Positions 29,362 through 32,000 of a stretch of 32,000 bases of DNA are shown here, piece after piece. Source of the stretch: Wigglesworthia glossinidia endosymbiont of Glossina brevipalpis (GTDB lineage: Bacteria; Pseudomonadota; Gammaproteobacteria; Enterobacterales; Enterobacteriaceae); the NCBI GenBank assembly GCA_000008885.1, contig BA000021.3, positions 330,001 through 362,000 on the forward strand. Direction: 5' to 3'. Numbering within the stretch: position 1 is the stretch's first letter; each line of letters opens with the position of its first letter. The position numbers were made by a program, and so were the translations under genes. The notes under the pieces are model-generated. The model searched no databases, was not told the DNA's origin, and worked only from the letters and a program-made list of their open reading frames with translations.

Positions 29362-29700
29362 TTATAAACGATTTAAATTTTCATCAATAAAAATTTCAAG
29401 TTGTTTTTGAGAAACAATTCCAATTTTTTTATCTATAATTTTTTCTTTAAAAAACAAAAAAAATGAAGGTATACTTTTAACTAAATATTTTTCTTGATAT
29501 ATCGAATTTTTTTCTATATTTATTTTAAATACTTCTAATTTATTTACATATTTTTCAGATATCTTTTTCAAAATAGGAATCATTGATTTACATGGCATAC
29601 ACCATTGAGCCCAAAAATCAACTAATACTGGTTTTTTGTTTTTTAATACATTTATTTCAAAATCTTCATCGTTTACACTTATAATTTCTTTATTATTCAT
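29362..29700 (-). CDS. trxA: thioredoxin with CMPC active site
   Basis: Plus-strand 'cat' at 29698-29700 is the start codon on the reverse strand; VLVDFWAQWCMPCKSMIPILKKISEKY...; immediately upstream of rho as in E. coli. Confidence 0.93.
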   Translation of the reverse strand: MNNKEIISVNDEDFEINVLKNKKPVLVDFWAQWCMPCKSMIPILKKISEKYVNKLEVFKINIEKNSIYQEKYLVKSIPSFFLFFKEKIIDKKIGIVSQKQLEIFIDENLNRL

Positions 29701-30153
29701 TTTTTTCCCGTAATCTAAAAACTAGATAATATTAGCATTAATTGAAAATGTATTTAATTTTTGTATTAATTTATATTTCTTGTAAAATTTATTTTGTTTC
29801 TAAATATCATATATTATAAATATTTATAAATTTTATTTTTTAAAAAGGGATAAATTAAACTATGTTAAAATAAAATATAATTAAATTAATTTATTATATA
29901 TAATTTCATTATTTACGACTTTTAAATCAAGCTTCTAGACTGTTATTTTATTAAAGAATAATTGGATAACTTTACAGGTACTTTTACTATATTATTTTTA
30001 ACAAATGATAAACTAACTTGAAATGAAATTCAACTAATTTTAATAAATCTTAAAATAAAAATTTTAAGTAAAAATATAAAAAAATAAAATATTTTTATTA
30101 TCAATTTATTTGTCAAGTTTAAAAAACAAATCCATAAACTATTTAGGTATAAC

Positions 30154-31338
30154 ATGAAAATAATAAAAGTTACAGATTTAAATTTAAAAGACAAAAAAGT
30201 GCTTATAAGGTCTGATCTTAATGTTCCTATTAAAAATGGTAAAATTATGTGTAATATGCGAATAATAAAATCTTTAGAAACTATAAATTTCGTAATAAAA
30301 AATGAAGCTAAATGTGTTATTGTAGCATCCCACCTTGGGAATCCTATAGAAGAAAAGTACGACTATAATTTTTCTCTAACACACATTGTAAATCATATGA
30401 AAAAAATTATAAAATATCCAATAAGATTAATACAAAATTATTTAAACGGTTTTGAAGCAAAAGAAAAAGAAATTATTGTTTTAGAAAACGTAAGATTCAA
30501 TCCAGGAGAAAGAAAAAATGACAAAAATTTATCAAAAAAATATGCTAATTTATGTGATATATTAGTCATGGATTCTTTCGGATCTTCTCATAGATCAGAA
30601 TCATCAACAACAGGTATTATTAAGTTTGCACCTATTAGTTGCATAGGACTTCTTTTTTTAAAAGAAATAAAATATTTAAAAAAAGCATTATTTAATTCTA
30701 AAAGACCAATAGTTACAATTTTTGGAGGATCAAAAATATCAACTAAATTAGGAGTTATAGAAAAATTATCTAACATTTCTGAAAATGTTTTAGTAGGAGG
30801 AGGAATAGCAAATACTATTCTTTTTTCTAAAGGACATAATATAGGAAAATCTTTACACGATAAAAATAATATAAGTAAAATTAAAAAATTTTTATATAAA
30901 AAAAATATAATAATTCCAAAAGATTTTATAGTTACTGATAATATTAATAAATTTTCTTCGTACAAAGAAAAATCTATAAAAGAAATAAAAAACGAGGATT
31001 ATATAGTTGATATAGGGAAAAAATCCTGCGAATGTTTTATTAAAATTATAAAAAAAGCAAAAACAATATTTTGGAACGGGCCTCTAGGCTTGATAGAGAT
31101 TAAACAATTTAGAAATGGAACTAAAGAAATAGCTAATTCTGTAATTCATAGTTCAGCAAAATCAATAATAGGAGGAGGAGAAACAGTTCTTGCTATGAGA
31201 ATGTTCAATTTTATTGATCGTTTTTCATATATTTCTACAGGAGGAGGAGCATTTTTATCTTTTATAGAAAAACAAGAACTTCCTGTTCTATCAGAATTAA
31301 AAAAATTCAAAAAATATACAAACTTTAAACAAAACTAA
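30154..31338 (+). CDS. pgk: phosphoglycerate kinase
   Basis: KVLIRSDLNVPI, VLENVRFNPGE, GGGIANT, NGPLGLIE, STGGGAFLSFIEKQELPVL; 394 aa. Confidence 0.97.
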   Translation: MKIIKVTDLNLKDKKVLIRSDLNVPIKNGKIMCNMRIIKSLETINFVIKNEAKCVIVASHLGNPIEEKYDYNFSLTHIVNHMKKIIKYPIRLIQNYLNGFEAKEKEIIVLENVRFNPGERKNDKNLSKKYANLCDILVMDSFGSSHRSESSTTGIIKFAPISCIGLLFLKEIKYLKKALFNSKRPIVTIFGGSKISTKLGVIEKLSNISENVLVGGGIANTILFSKGHNIGKSLHDKNNISKIKKFLYKKNIIIPKDFIVTDNINKFSSYKEKSIKEIKNEDYIVDIGKKSCECFIKIIKKAKTIFWNGPLGLIEIKQFRNGTKEIANSVIHSSAKSIIGGGETVLAMRMFNFIDRFSYISTGGGAFLSFIEKQELPVLSELKKFKKYTNFKQN

Positions 31339-31360
31339 ATTTAAAAAAGAGTAAAATTTT

Positions 31361-32000
31361 ATGTCTAACATTTTAGATTCAATAAATACAGGCGTGATTT
31401 ATGGAAAAGATATAGAAAAATTATTTTCTTTTGCTAAAGAAAAAAAATTTGCTATACCAGCAATAAATTGTATTGGTACTGATTCTATAAATGCAGCGTT
31501 AGAGGCCGCATCTATATATAGATCTCCAATTATAATTCAATTTTCTCATGGAGGGTCATCATTTATAGCAGGAAAAAAAATGAATTGCAACAAAGGTGCA
31601 ATTTTAGGAGCGATATCTGGAGCTTTGCATGTTCATAACATATCAAAAGAATACAAAATACCAGTAATATTACATACCGATCATTGTTCTAAAAACATTT
31701 TACCTTGGATAGATGAACTATTAAAAGAAAGTGAAAAAAGATTTTTTAATTTTGGAAAGCCATTATTTTCTTCTCATATGATAGATTTATCTTCAGAACC
31801 ATTGGAAGAAAATATAAAAATTAGTAAAAAATATTTAGAAAAAATGAAAAGATTGAATATTATTCTAGAAATAGAACTAGGGTGTACTGGAGGTGAAGAA
31901 GATGGAATCATAGGGGAAAAAGCAAATGATAATAAATTATACACCAACCCAAAAGATGTTTGTTATGCATATGAAAATTTAACAAAAGTTGGATCAAATT
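31361..32000 (+). CDS. fbaA: class II fructose-bisphosphate aldolase, truncated by window end
   Basis: ORF open to the window edge: MSNILDSINTGVIYGKDIEKLFSFAKEKKFAIPAINCIGTDSINAALEAA...VILHTDHCSKNILPWIDELL...GKPLFSSHMIDLSSEPLEENI...LEIELGCTGGEEDG. Confidence 0.96.
   Translation, partial: MSNILDSINTGVIYGKDIEKLFSFAKEKKFAIPAINCIGTDSINAALEAASIYRSPIIIQFSHGGSSFIAGKKMNCNKGAILGAISGALHVHNISKEYKIPVILHTDHCSKNILPWIDELLKESEKRFFNFGKPLFSSHMIDLSSEPLEENIKISKKYLEKMKRLNIILEIELGCTGGEEDGIIGEKANDNKLYTNPKDVCYAYENLTKVGSN

Noticed and set aside
1-32000. Search for CRISPR arrays, transposons, phage genes, toxin-antitoxin or defence modules
   Set aside because: No spaced direct repeats, transposase/integrase motifs or accessory cassettes were seen. 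Every sizable ORF is a conserved housekeeping-type gene.

Overview
This is an ordinary chromosomal segment of a highly reduced, extremely AT-rich gammaproteobacterial (Enterobacterales-type) obligate insect endosymbiont. It resembles Buchnera, Wigglesworthia or Blochmannia in character, but I cannot assign the taxon from sequence alone. Recognisable genes are rpmE, yadG-yadH, dapE, ung, iscS, suhB-like, a bactofilin, efp, glnS, coaD-waaA, purT, ispH-lspA-ileS-ribF, rpsT, nhaA, dnaJ-dnaK, fabA, nfuA, tRNA-Pro/His/Arg, wecE, rho, trxA, pgk and fbaA (cut by the window end). Two blocks keep E. coli-like gene order with internal deletions: dnaK-dnaJ-nhaA-rpsT-ribF-ileS-lspA-ispH and trxA-rho-wecE-argX-hisR-proM. 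I found no defence system, mobile element, CRISPR array or clearly novel multi-gene system. The observations most worth a second look are: (1) ung split by a one-base indel in a 10-A tract, with the full conserved C-terminus in another frame; (2) a full-length SuhB homologue that has lost most inositol-monophosphatase metal/catalytic residues; (3) a well-preserved sigma32-like heat-shock promoter upstream of dnaK; (4) an orphan wecE left in the deleted enterobacterial common antigen locus; (5) a bactofilin; (6) thioredoxin with a CMPC active site; (7) tRNA genes without encoded CCA.
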